Origin: Thermoproteota archaeon
GTDB lineage: Archaea > Korarchaeota > Korarchaeia > Korarchaeales > Korarchaeaceae
Direction of reading: 5' to 3'
Assembly (NCBI GenBank): GCA_037917625.1
Contig: JAVCBY010000035.1
Location: 1-38,523, forward strand
Length of the DNA: 38,523 nucleotides
The notes under the pieces were generated by a model. It made no database searches, had not been told where the DNA came from, and was given only the letters and a program-made list of their open reading frames with translations. This document shows positions 9,386 through 18,504 of the stretch, in pieces. Position 1 is the first letter of the stretch; every line of letters starts with the position of its first letter. The position numbers and the translations under genes are program-made.

Positions 9386-10633
9386 TCATACTTGAACTTT
9401 GGGGAGGAGCTCGGGGGCATTCTTCATGATCCCTATCCTGGGCTTATCGAACCTCCTCAACTCCTTATCTATTGCCTCTTGTAGCTCACCGTACCACTCG
9501 AACCCCATGGATTTAGCCTCATCCTCCCTTATCCCCTCCGATACTATGACTACTCTTATCCTCGACCTGATCTTCGACCACACCATCGAATTCGCTGCTC
9601 CTATGAGGTCCTTAACGAGTCCTGATCTCGCTCTCTTATCTATCTCCTCCGGTGGCAGTCCTGCGAGTTCTATCACCTCAGGATGAGTTCTAGCAACTCC
9701 TTCAGGGCATGGTGTCGCGAGGATCAGGGTACCCCCATCCCTGAGCACCATATCAGCTGGATAGAGGGATTTATGCGCTTGCCAAAACTCTATATCAGCT
9801 GGATAGCTACTCGCTATTACAACATCGAGATTCCCGGGGGATTCCACCTCATATATCCTCCTGGACTCCTTTACAGCTTCCTTGAATACTTCCCTCACTC
9901 CTCCAGCCCCTATCCAAGTGGGTCTACCAATACCATCGACCACTAGATCAATTAAACCCCTAAGACCAGCTTTCTCCGCAACTAAGTCCATTAGATCCCT
10001 TATCTCATTCTCTTCGATTCCAAGAAAACTTCTTCTGAGCCTGGCGCTTAACATATGCATCTCTCCGACAGTTCTCTCACCAGAAACACCTGGGAGAGCT
10101 ATCTTGGAACCACCAGAGAATCCTGAGACATGATGAGGTGTAACGCAACCAATTCCTATCGAGAAATCTACCTTAGAGAGTTCCTTAGTGACTTCTATAG
10201 GGGCTCCGCTTGGCATCGTGCCCACTCTCACTTGCTTCTCCGGATCCCTGAAATCGGGTTGGATGATGTTCACTCTATCCAAAGCTTCCCCATATTTCCT
10301 CTCAAGTTCGGATTGTGTCATAGGTCTATGAGTCCCTAAGGCAGCTATTAGGGTGACTTCCCTTATGCCAATCCCTTCTAAGAAATCGAGGAGCTTGGGG
10401 AGTATGAGATGCGTGGGGGTGGGTCTCGTTATATCGTCAGCTATAATAGCTACCCTCGCTCCAGGCCTGAGGAACTTCAGATTTTTCAATGAGCTCTCAA
10501 GCTCTCCTTTGAGATCCTTAATAGGCTCTACTTCTCTCGGTTCTATATAATGGACTCTAAGACCATCGGGTAGGCTAAAATAAACCTTAGAGTTCCCGTA
10601 AGGTAACTGGAAGTCGGGCAAGCTAGCACCCAA
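9386..10633 (-). CDS. LarA-family nickel-pincer-dependent alpha-hydroxyacid racemase/epimerase
   Basis: DDITRPTP, ALGTHRPM, PHHVSGFSGGSKIALPG, FWQAHKSL, GGTLILATPCPEG. The substrate cannot be determined from sequence. Confidence 0.9.
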   Translation of the reverse strand: MGASLPDFQLPYGNSKVYFSLPDGLRVHYIEPREVEPIKDLKGELESSLKNLKFLRPGARVAIIADDITRPTPTHLILPKLLDFLEGIGIREVTLIAALGTHRPMTQSELERKYGEALDRVNIIQPDFRDPEKQVRVGTMPSGAPIEVTKELSKVDFSIGIGCVTPHHVSGFSGGSKIALPGVSGERTVGEMHMLSARLRRSFLGIEENEIRDLMDLVAEKAGLRGLIDLVVDGIGRPTWIGAGGVREVFKEAVKESRRIYEVESPGNLDVVIASSYPADIEFWQAHKSLYPADMVLRDGGTLILATPCPEGVARTHPEVIELAGLPPEEIDKRARSGLVKDLIGAANSMVWSKIRSRIRVVIVSEGIREDEAKSMGFEWYGELQEAIDKELRRFDKPRIGIMKNAPELLPKVQV

Positions 10634-11573
10634 GCAACCTGAATGCTAGCCTTATAGCGTTTACCATACTACCTTCATCAGCTAAGCATTTGCCAGCTAT
10701 ATCATAAGCTGTCCCGTGATCCACTGATGTCCTTATATAAGGGAGCCCCAGGGTGACATTGACGGCTCTATTAAAGCCCAAGAGCTTGATCGGAATATGC
10801 CCCTGATCATGATACATAGCTACAACAGCTTTGAACTCCCCCTTTATCGCTCTCAGAAATACGGTATCAGCGGGTATCGGCCCTTCAACATCGTATCCCA
10901 TATCTATGAGCTTCTCGATAGCGGGCCTTATGACTCTGATTTCCTCATCTCCGAAGAGCCCTCTCTCACCTGCATGAGGGTTCAGAGATGATACTCCTAT
11001 CTTCCCAGATTCCCCAAGCTTCTCGAGGAAGGATGAAGTTAGCTCCACAGTAATCATTATCTCCTCCTCCGTCAGGAGCCTAGGAACATCTTTTAGTGCT
11101 ACATGCGTCGTGACATGTGACACCCTCAACTCATCGAGGAAGAGCAACATCTTAGTTTTTCTGACCCCTGCTAACTCAGCTAGGAGCTCCGTGTGGCCAG
11201 TGAATTCTATGCCAGCCATGTTAACAGCTTCCTTGCTGACGGGTCCCGTAACTAGGGCTTCAGCTTTCCCCCCGAGGATCAATTCAGATGCCCTCCTTAT
11301 GCAAAGGTAAGAGTGAAGACCTCCCTCTGGCGTTGGGCCGTTACCCTCAACCCCGAAGTCATCAATATCTATAACTGGTACAGAATCCTCGAGGAGCGTG
11401 GGCTCATCCACGGGGGTGAATTCGATATCAAGGCCGCATGCCTCACATGCTCTCTTCAGGGACCTCATGCTTCCTATGACAGTTAAGGGGAGCCTTAAGC
11501 GTTTAATCGCCTTAACTAGGACTTCGGGTCCTACTCCCAATGGATCGCCTGCTGTTACTATAACCGATCCCAT
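10623..11573 (-). CDS. pdxA: PdxA-family dehydrogenase (PdxA2-type, threonate/erythronate-4-phosphate dehydrogenase-like)
   Basis: GDPLGVGPE, TGHTE, NPHAGE, MYHDQG, RTSVDHGTAYDIAGK. GGTGA SD before ATG 11573. Confidence 0.92.
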   Translation of the reverse strand: MGSVIVTAGDPLGVGPEVLVKAIKRLRLPLTVIGSMRSLKRACEACGLDIEFTPVDEPTLLEDSVPVIDIDDFGVEGNGPTPEGGLHSYLCIRRASELILGGKAEALVTGPVSKEAVNMAGIEFTGHTELLAELAGVRKTKMLLFLDELRVSHVTTHVALKDVPRLLTEEEIMITVELTSSFLEKLGESGKIGVSSLNPHAGERGLFGDEEIRVIRPAIEKLIDMGYDVEGPIPADTVFLRAIKGEFKAVVAMYHDQGHIPIKLLGFNRAVNVTLGLPYIRTSVDHGTAYDIAGKCLADEGSMVNAIRLAFRLLGC

Positions 11574-11639
11574 GGGGTTCACCTATCCTCAGCTATCGTG
11601 AGCTCGGGTCACTTATATGCTGAATGCGAAATGGGAAGT

Positions 11640-12692
11640 TCATCTCCTGACCCTCGATAGGATCCTTAACAGCGTTTCAGGGTCTCCAAAACCTCCAGCC
11701 TTTGAGATGAGAGGGGTCCCGTCCATAGGACCGCCGACGATCCATCCAGCGGCAAGCCCCTCCTCCGGGTAACTCCCTATCCTTATAGCGGAGACATCTA
11801 GCGGATCTAAAAGCCTCCTCAAAGTCTCTCCGCCGATGACCACGAGAGAACCTGGTCTTAAATCTAATAAGAGCTCGGCGATTTCCCCTATCCTGCCCAA
11901 GAAGCCTCCCAAATCGAAGGATATAGCTACATCTAATCCCTCCATGAGGCTCCTCCTCGCGAGATCTAAGGATCCGTTGACGATCACCTCTATCTTCTCA
12001 GATAACCTCTCTAATTGCTTCAATGTCACATCATTGGTTGAACCGGAGATGAAGAGTAAAGGACTATGAAGCTCAACGTAATCGGCTTTTTCACAGCCTA
12101 AGAAGTTGGAGAGCTCCATAGCTAGTCCTGCGCTCCCTCCCATCACCTTGAAGCCGCTCTCCTCTATGAGCCTGAAAGCTCGAGAGAGCTCGGATCTATC
12201 CCTCACATCCCTGAACGTCATTATGTCTCGATCTTCATCCCAGTAGCCCACTTTGAGCCTAGATGTAGCTTTCACTATCTCTAAAATGTCAGAGGAGGAT
12301 TTGGGGAGCTCTCTGACGTAATCAGTCTCCTCCAATAGCCTTCCCCTCACGTAGAGAAGGCCATCCCTGACTATCCTACCCTGCTCTGGATATGCTGGTG
12401 TGAAAGGGATCTTAACACCTATGGACTCGCATATCTCATCGAACTCAGCTCCTACATTCCCTCTCATCGTTGAATCTATCTTCTTGTACAAGTAATGCCA
12501 ATCTGAAAACCTTTTTAGAGAATCTCTCACCCTCAATCTAGCTTCATCGGGTCTCAAAAGCCTCGTATCAGTGCTTATACCTACGAAGTCCGATGATACT
12601 TCCTCTCTAAGTGCTACGACGGATCCCTCACCGAACTTACTCGTGGTATCTAGGGCACCGGTCAGGTCGTCAGCGATTATGAGGACCTTCAT
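11640..12692 (-). CDS. Four-carbon acid sugar kinase (DUF1537, DtnK/DenK-like)
   Basis: IIADDLTGALDT, YKKIDSTMRGNVGAE, PAYPEQGR, GSAGLA, GGET, SKAGGFG. Confidence 0.92.
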   Translation of the reverse strand: MKVLIIADDLTGALDTTSKFGEGSVVALREEVSSDFVGISTDTRLLRPDEARLRVRDSLKRFSDWHYLYKKIDSTMRGNVGAEFDEICESIGVKIPFTPAYPEQGRIVRDGLLYVRGRLLEETDYVRELPKSSSDILEIVKATSRLKVGYWDEDRDIMTFRDVRDRSELSRAFRLIEESGFKVMGGSAGLAMELSNFLGCEKADYVELHSPLLFISGSTNDVTLKQLERLSEKIEVIVNGSLDLARRSLMEGLDVAISFDLGGFLGRIGEIAELLLDLRPGSLVVIGGETLRRLLDPLDVSAIRIGSYPEEGLAAGWIVGGPMDGTPLISKAGGFGDPETLLRILSRVRR

Positions 12693-12713
12693 CACACCTG
12701 GATGAATGAGGGT

Positions 12714-12727
12714 TATATTTACTTTCT
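12714..12727 (-). promoter_or_regulatory. BRE/TATA promoter for the kinase-pdxA-larA operon
   Basis: The minus strand reads AGAAAG-TAAATATA about 22-35 nt upstream of the kinase start. Confidence 0.55.
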
Positions 12728-12763
12728 CCCGCTTAACTTAACAATAAAACGAGAATTTGGATC

Positions 12764-13075
12764 TCACATCAGGACTATACTTATCTTGACGTCATCCGGG
12801 AGTGTCATACCCATTATACTCCTTATATACCTCTCATCCGGGTTTGGGATGTCAATTATCCTCTTATGGATCCTCAACTCATACTTATCGTATCTATTAG
12901 TCCCCTCTCCCGATGGATTCCTGAGGGCCGTCACCCTGAGCCTCTTAGTGGGGAGGGGTATAGGCCCCTTAACCCTCACTCCCATCTTATCAGCTATCTC
13001 CTTGAACATCTTGCTTACTCTCTCTAAGCTCTCTGGATTCACGCTTACAAGTTCTATTCTGAGGATCTCAGTCAT
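12764..13075 (-). CDS. rps10: 30S ribosomal protein S10 (uS10)
   Basis: KGPIPLPTKRL, PSGEGT, YELRIHKRIIDI; directly downstream of tuf. Confidence 0.97.
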   Translation of the reverse strand: MTEILRIELVSVNPESLERVSKMFKEIADKMGVRVKGPIPLPTKRLRVTALRNPSGEGTNRYDKYELRIHKRIIDIPNPDERYIRSIMGMTLPDDVKISIVLM

Positions 13076-13086
13076 TTAAATCACCC

Positions 13087-13093
13087 AAAAAAA
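13087..13093 (-). terminator. Oligo-T7 tract between tuf and rps10 (candidate partial terminator)
   Basis: The minus strand reads CCCTCC-TTTTTTT-GGGTGA, starting 10 nt after the tuf stop. Archaeal intrinsic terminators are oligo-U tracts. Confidence 0.5.
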
Positions 13094-13103
13094 GGAGGGT
13101 TGT

Positions 13104-14375
13104 TCATTTCTTCTTCCTCTCCAGCGGGACTACATCCAGCACTATGCCCGCAGCTACCGTTATCCCCATGTCCCTAACAGCGAACCTCCCGAGTGGTGGG
13201 AACTCACTGTACTTCTCTATTACGAAGGGCTTGAGGGGTTCGAACTTCACTATGGCTGCATCTCCCCTCCTTATGAAGCTAGGCTTCTCCTCAAGGACCT
13301 GCCCGCTCCTCGGGTCTATCTTCTTCTCTATCGAGACCATCTTACAGGCCATGTGACCTGTATGGGCATGGATGACTGGAGTATAACCTGGGGCTATGGC
13401 TGTCGGGTGCTGTAGCACGACTATCTGAGCTGTGAACTCCTTGGCAACTGTCGGCGGGTTGTTCGGGTGACCTACGACATCTCCTCTCTTTATCTCCTTC
13501 TTATCTATTCCCTTTATGTTTATCCCTATGTTATCTCCAGGCTCGGCTTTTTCGAGCCTCTCATGGTGCATCTCTATACTCTTAACTTCAGCCGTCTTAC
13601 CCAAGGGCTCTATTACTATCGTGTCCCCTGGCTTGAGGACGCCCGTCTCCACCCTACCGACTATGACAGTACCTACGCCGGTTATCGAGAACACATCCTG
13701 GATGGGGATCCTCAGGGGCTTATCTACGGGCTTTGGCGGAGCGACGAATGTATCCAGGACCTCATAGAGAGTAGGACCATTATACCAGGGCGTATTGTTG
13801 CTCCTATTAACTACGTTGTCTCCCTGAAGGCCGCTAGTCGGTACGAAGTGTATCTTGGATGGATCATAGCCGACCCTCTTGAGGAGGTCCGAAACTTGGG
13901 CCTTTATCTCCTCATACCTCTCCTTCTTATAACCTACAGTAGGATCATCCATCTTATTTATGGCTACAGCAAGTTGATTCACTCCCAAAGTCTTTATCAG
14001 GAAGACGTGCTCTATCGTCTGGGCCTGAACCCCCTCCCCTGACTTAGCTGAGACTACTAATATAGCTGCATCCGCCTGACTAGCTCCCGTTATCATGTTC
14101 TTGACGAAGTCCCTGTGTCCAGGGGCATCTATCACTGTGATCATCTTATGCGGGGTCTCCACTTTCGTGTGGAAGAGGTCTATGGTCATTCCCCTCTCTC
14201 GCTCCTCCTTGAGTCTATCGACGACCCATGCGAATCTAGCATCTGCAGCTAGCTCCTCCGGAGGGAGCTCCTCTACGAGCTTTAAATCGTAGAAGAGCCT
14301 ACCGATTATTGTAGACTTCCCATGGTCCACATGGCCGACGAATATCAGGTTCACATGTTCCTTCTCAGGCATCAT
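13104..14375 (-). CDS. tuf: Translation elongation factor EF-1 alpha
   Basis: [53 protein letters not shown]. The start may be the second ATG at 14372. Confidence 0.99.
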   Translation of the reverse strand: MMPEKEHVNLIFVGHVDHGKSTIIGRLFYDLKLVEELPPEELAADARFAWVVDRLKEERERGMTIDLFHTKVETPHKMITVIDAPGHRDFVKNMITGASQADAAILVVSAKSGEGVQAQTIEHVFLIKTLGVNQLAVAINKMDDPTVGYKKERYEEIKAQVSDLLKRVGYDPSKIHFVPTSGLQGDNVVNRSNNTPWYNGPTLYEVLDTFVAPPKPVDKPLRIPIQDVFSITGVGTVIVGRVETGVLKPGDTIVIEPLGKTAEVKSIEMHHERLEKAEPGDNIGINIKGIDKKEIKRGDVVGHPNNPPTVAKEFTAQIVVLQHPTAIAPGYTPVIHAHTGHMACKMVSIEKKIDPRSGQVLEEKPSFIRRGDAAIVKFEPLKPFVIEKYSEFPPLGRFAVRDMGITVAAGIVLDVVPLERKKK

Positions 14376-14480
14376 ATCACCCTCTGAGTGACACCTGAGA
14401 TTAGTGTATCGTGTATTTTTAAACCTGATATCTCGAGAGATCTCTGTACGGGTCGTGTCCCGAGGGCTGGGAGACCATAC

Positions 14481-14670
14481 AGTAAAATATCATCAAAAAG
14501 TGATATTTATTCAAATAATTTTAATAAACATCAGCTTGATAAAATAATAGAAATTCAGCGAATTATTGATGAACTTATCCGTGTTAACGAAAATTTTACA
14601 TAATTAACGGTCGATTCAATTAAAAATATAGTTATACTAACTGCATTTATCATTAATATTTTCACACAAT
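14481..14670. other. AT-rich non-coding tract with an 8-8-8 inverted repeat
   Basis: Visibly much more AT-rich than its flanks. AAATATCA (14485-14492), N8, TGATATTT (14501-14508). Confidence 0.6.
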
Positions 14671-14723
14671 CTCCTCCTAAAGCGTCATGGGGGATTTTTA
14701 AGCTGCTCGTATGAGATCGCTGG

Positions 14724-15170
14724 ATGCATGAAGATGGGATTACGAAATATAAAGAAGCTACCGCTTGGTTGCTGACCTTTCCCCCATTAATGGCTCTATT
14801 ATCAACTATACTATCTCTTAATTTTGCAATATTTGACAGAGATATGGGAGCTAGGATAAGTATAATCCTTATGATGACAGCAATGTTCGTATTCATCATC
14901 GCTGATAAGTACGTGAGGACCATAATTCCGCTCGAGGAGGGTCAAGAATATCATATGGTGAGACTTTATAAGAAGGCCGTTATTCTCTTGGGAGTAGTCA
15001 TACCCTTGCTGGGCCTCTTCTCCGCATTGGCCGTAGGTTATCCTGATGCTCCGCTCACATCCCTCTCATTCACAGCTATATCCCTGAGCGGGTTGGGTTC
15101 AGCATGGAAGAGGTTCTATGATAAGATAACTGGAAAAATAGTGATAGAGACCAAGAGGACTAAAAGCTAA
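14724..15170 (+). CDS. Hypothetical membrane protein (about 4 TM)
   Basis: 148-aa ORF with four hydrophobic segments; it fills the gap before the convergent glmM. Confidence 0.7.
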   Translation: MHEDGITKYKEATAWLLTFPPLMALLSTILSLNFAIFDRDMGARISIILMMTAMFVFIIADKYVRTIIPLEEGQEYHMVRLYKKAVILLGVVIPLLGLFSALAVGYPDAPLTSLSFTAISLSGLGSAWKRFYDKITGKIVIETKRTKS

Positions 15171-15173
15171 AAA

Positions 15174-16514
15174 TTAAGATAAAGCTTCTGATATCTCATC
15201 CAATAGCCTCTCCGCTTCCTTCTTATCCCTTCCCTCAACTAAAATCCTTATCTTATGCTCTGTCTTAGAGAGCCTCACTAGAGCCCATAGATCGTCGGAA
15301 ATTAACCCGATACCATCGAGGAAATCTAAGCTCATCCCCCTCCTCTCTCCAATTCTAATTAATCTCTCCTCCAAATTCTTCCATTCCCTCTTCAGGGGAA
15401 TGTTCTTCCTGATCATGTAGTACTTGGGGAAATCCTCGATAATATCGCTCAAACTCCTCCCTCTAGTGGCCATAAGCTCCAGTATGAGAGCTGCTGCTAG
15501 AGGGCCATCCCTACCGAGATGGAAATCGGGGAGTATCACGCCCCCACAGCTCCCCTCACCACCGACAGTAGCCCCTATCTCCTTCATCTTATGGGTCACA
15601 TAAGCCTCTCCTACGGGTGTTCTATAGATCTCAGCTCCTCTTCTCCTCGCTATATGATCAAAGATCTTAGATGATGCTGCATTCACGACTAGTTTCCCAC
15701 CGCCCTTCCTCTCAAGCACATAATCGACGACGAGAGCTAGCGTAATATCCTCAGGCATAACCTCTCCTCTCTCAGTTACGATCGTCAGCCTGTCAGCATC
15801 TGTATCATGAGCGAATCCCAGATCAGATCCAGTGGCTACTACGATCTTAGAGAGATCCTCTAAAGTATCTGGCCTAGGCTCCAATTCCCTCACGAATATC
15901 CCTGGAGCTGAGTTTATTGTTAGCGTCTTGACACCGAGCTCTTTGAGGAGATAAGGGGTTACATAAGCCCCAGCTCCACCGTTGACATCAAGACAGACCT
16001 TCATTCCATATCCTCTGACTCTCTCTATATCCACGAACTTGAGGAGATCCTCCAAGTAGTCCTCTATAGCATCATATTGCTCCTCCCTTCCCAGTTCGTT
16101 CCAAGGCACGGATTCGAATTTTCCCCTCTCGAACTCGGATTTGAGGAGCTCCATCTCATCAGGATGAAGGAGGATACCTTCTTTCCCTAATAACTTCAAG
16201 GCGTTCCACTCAGGCGGATTGTGACTTCCAGATATCACTATGCCACCATCCGCATCGTACTTAGCTGTGGCCCACTCTATCGTCGGGGTGGGGGCTATCC
16301 CTATGTTAAGTACGTTTACACCAGCTGAGAGGAGCCCTGAAACAACTGCCCTCTCAATTGCTTCCCCGCTTGGCCTCGTATCCCTTCCAACAACTACTAG
16401 AGATCCCTTTCCCAATCTCCTCCCAAAGATATTGGCTATTAGCATGGAGATATGAGCATCGAAGCCCCTACCAACGATACCCCTTATCCCTAAGGGTGTG
16501 AAGATGAGGCTCAT
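15174..16514 (-). CDS. glmM: Phosphoglucosamine mutase / phosphomannomutase (alpha-D-phosphohexomutase)
   Basis: VGRDTRPSG, catalytic SGSHNPPEWNALK, metal loop DTDADR, RDGPLAA, VRLSKTE. Exact sugar specificity is uncertain. Confidence 0.88.
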   Translation of the reverse strand: MSLIFTPLGIRGIVGRGFDAHISMLIANIFGRRLGKGSLVVVGRDTRPSGEAIERAVVSGLLSAGVNVLNIGIAPTPTIEWATAKYDADGGIVISGSHNPPEWNALKLLGKEGILLHPDEMELLKSEFERGKFESVPWNELGREEQYDAIEDYLEDLLKFVDIERVRGYGMKVCLDVNGGAGAYVTPYLLKELGVKTLTINSAPGIFVRELEPRPDTLEDLSKIVVATGSDLGFAHDTDADRLTIVTERGEVMPEDITLALVVDYVLERKGGGKLVVNAASSKIFDHIARRRGAEIYRTPVGEAYVTHKMKEIGATVGGEGSCGGVILPDFHLGRDGPLAAALILELMATRGRSLSDIIEDFPKYYMIRKNIPLKREWKNLEERLIRIGERRGMSLDFLDGIGLISDDLWALVRLSKTEHKIRILVEGRDKKEAERLLDEISEALS

Positions 16515-18496
16515 ATCCCATCCCCCGGTTCCTCGAGGAGTAGCTGAGTGACCCTCTCAGAATCCCCTGACTTCATGTAAGATCTCATAACGGGGAGTAT
16601 CACACTCAGTATTATAAGAGCACCTAGTAGCTCTGAGATGGGGGAGAGAGGACTAGATCTCACGATCAAAACGACGCTAGTACCTATAGCATTCAGAACA
16701 CCACCTATCGCGAAACCAGCGAAGAAAGGAATAGCTTTATCCTGAAGGAAGCTTTCACCCCCGTATCTCTCAGCTAAGAACCTCAATAGGCTAGTTAGCA
16801 TGTAGAGAGCAGCGTATCCTGGGAGTAGGAGCCCGAGGAGGACCCCTATGGCACTTATACCGAATATCGGAAATATTCCCTTTACTATGAATGGGATCGC
16901 GCCTATGAGAAATCCCTCGAGGAAGTAAATTGGATCCCATCCGCCCAGTTGATTCATCACTGTTAGGAGTCCCTCCTCTGGATAAGTCGTTACTGCCATC
17001 TCTAGGGGCTTCTTAGCGGCCCCCCATATGTGAAATGAGAGGAGAAGGAGTAAGGAACCCGCTAAAGCTCCGAAGACTATCCCGAAGACCTGGGCCCTGA
17101 AAATAGTCTTAGTCTTTATATTGAGCTCTGATGAGAACTTGAACCCCTCAGCTGAGGCTGTAGGCTGAGCTGATATGGAGTCAGTCACCATGGCATTAGC
17201 TGCTCCTGAGAAGAAAGCATCTGAGGATGCTCTACTGAAGATGCCCGAGGAGAAGAATATATGATCCAAGATACCCCTTATCCCTAGGTTGATCGGTACT
17301 ATCCAATTGCTCATCCCGAGCGTCCATATGTAGCCCTGCCAATAAATTAATTGAAGCATCAGTATAGCTAAAGCTATAGCAGGGCTCATCCCTAGGATCG
17401 ATAGTAGGAATATGCCACTGATGAAGGTCGAAGCCCATCCTATGAGGAGCCACTTCCTCGAGAGGGGCTCATCACTCCACTCCTTAAAGTTCCTCACTAT
17501 GTATCTAGCTCCCAAGAGGATGGGGATCAGACCTACAGCAACGTAAACTCCTGTGCTGAGATGATACCACGGCAACGGGCCATTGACCGCAGCATTAGAT
17601 GAATAGAATGAGAAGTCATGGCCGCTCTCATAGGGAAGGAGGCCCATCCTCACTAATACTGGGGGTATGAGTAAGTATGCGACTATAGCAGTGATCCATA
17701 TGGATACCTGTATCTCCAGGGGTATCAGGAAAGACCATGCAATTAGATCGGGGGTTATCTGAGTCCCCTGATCCATACCGAAGGCCCCCCCTGGGAAGGA
17801 GCCTTGGAGGTAAGGGGTGAGATCGAACCTGAGATCAGCTGTTGGGAAGTCCTCCCATATGGCCTCTAGGAGATGCCCTCTTTGAAATAGACTAATTATG
17901 AAACCTGAGAGGATTCCAAGATATAATATCTTCAGCTTAATTCCTCTTTCTTTCAAGATTTTTGAAAATTTTGCCCCAACAGTAGCGACGGGGAAGACGA
18001 GTCTCTCCCTCTCTATGTAAAATCTCCTCAATGGTATCACGTTGAAGTAAGAGAATAGTGTGAGGATAATCGCGAAGAGAACTACGTAAGTGAGTGGGAG
18101 GATCCAAGCTCCCCAGTTTATTTTGCCGCCCAGGAGGAGGCTTCTCATGGCGTCCTCATCCTTCAGCACTAGGAAGTCGGGAAGGATCTGCTTGAGTGGG
18201 AAGTCCCTCGAGAGACCTGCGATAGCCCAAGATGGGAGTATGTACTGCCAACCTATGAAGAGGACTGTCATCACCTCAACGGATCCGAATATAACCCCCA
18301 TCTCCCCGAAGGATAGGGGCCTCTTGCTCATACTGGAGAGAGCGTATGAGACAGCTAATATGACGAGAGCAGCCTCTCCAGTCCAGCTGTAGCCACCAGC
18401 CCCCCTTATCACTGTCTGACCGAAGAGTATGAGGAGACCGAACGCTATAGATAGAAGCAGAGCCCTAGGAGTGAATGACTTCTCATCCCCTTCCAA
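16511..18496 (-). CDS. Large polytopic membrane protein, OPT-superfamily-like putative peptide transporter
   Basis: 661 aa with more than 14 hydrophobic segments. FTPRALLLSI N-terminus and RRFYIERERLVFPVA resemble OPT-like families. Confidence 0.6.
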   Translation of the reverse strand: MEGDEKSFTPRALLLSIAFGLLILFGQTVIRGAGGYSWTGEAALVILAVSYALSSMSKRPLSFGEMGVIFGSVEVMTVLFIGWQYILPSWAIAGLSRDFPLKQILPDFLVLKDEDAMRSLLLGGKINWGAWILPLTYVVLFAIILTLFSYFNVIPLRRFYIERERLVFPVATVGAKFSKILKERGIKLKILYLGILSGFIISLFQRGHLLEAIWEDFPTADLRFDLTPYLQGSFPGGAFGMDQGTQITPDLIAWSFLIPLEIQVSIWITAIVAYLLIPPVLVRMGLLPYESGHDFSFYSSNAAVNGPLPWYHLSTGVYVAVGLIPILLGARYIVRNFKEWSDEPLSRKWLLIGWASTFISGIFLLSILGMSPAIALAILMLQLIYWQGYIWTLGMSNWIVPINLGIRGILDHIFFSSGIFSRASSDAFFSGAANAMVTDSISAQPTASAEGFKFSSELNIKTKTIFRAQVFGIVFGALAGSLLLLLSFHIWGAAKKPLEMAVTTYPEEGLLTVMNQLGGWDPIYFLEGFLIGAIPFIVKGIFPIFGISAIGVLLGLLLPGYAALYMLTSLLRFLAERYGGESFLQDKAIPFFAGFAIGGVLNAIGTSVVLIVRSSPLSPISELLGALIILSVILPVMRSYMKSGDSERVTQLLLEEPGDGI

Positions 18497-18504
18497 GAGA
18501 TCAC

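Noticed and set aside
9261-12763. Catabolic operon as a tRNA-integrated island
   Set aside because: No integrase, no duplicated tRNA 3' end seen, and the composition resembles the flanks.
12702-13079. 125-aa hydrophobic ORF on the plus strand
   Set aside because: Antisense shadow of rps10.
13467-14042. 191-aa plus-strand ORF
   Set aside because: Antisense shadow of tuf. The other nested antisense ORFs in the track (for example 873-1328, 21730-22287, 27770-28237, 31725-32147) were rejected for the same reason.
14388-14603. 71-aa ORF across the AT-rich tract
   Set aside because: It overlaps the tuf promoter and has no SD or recognisable motif; probably chance.
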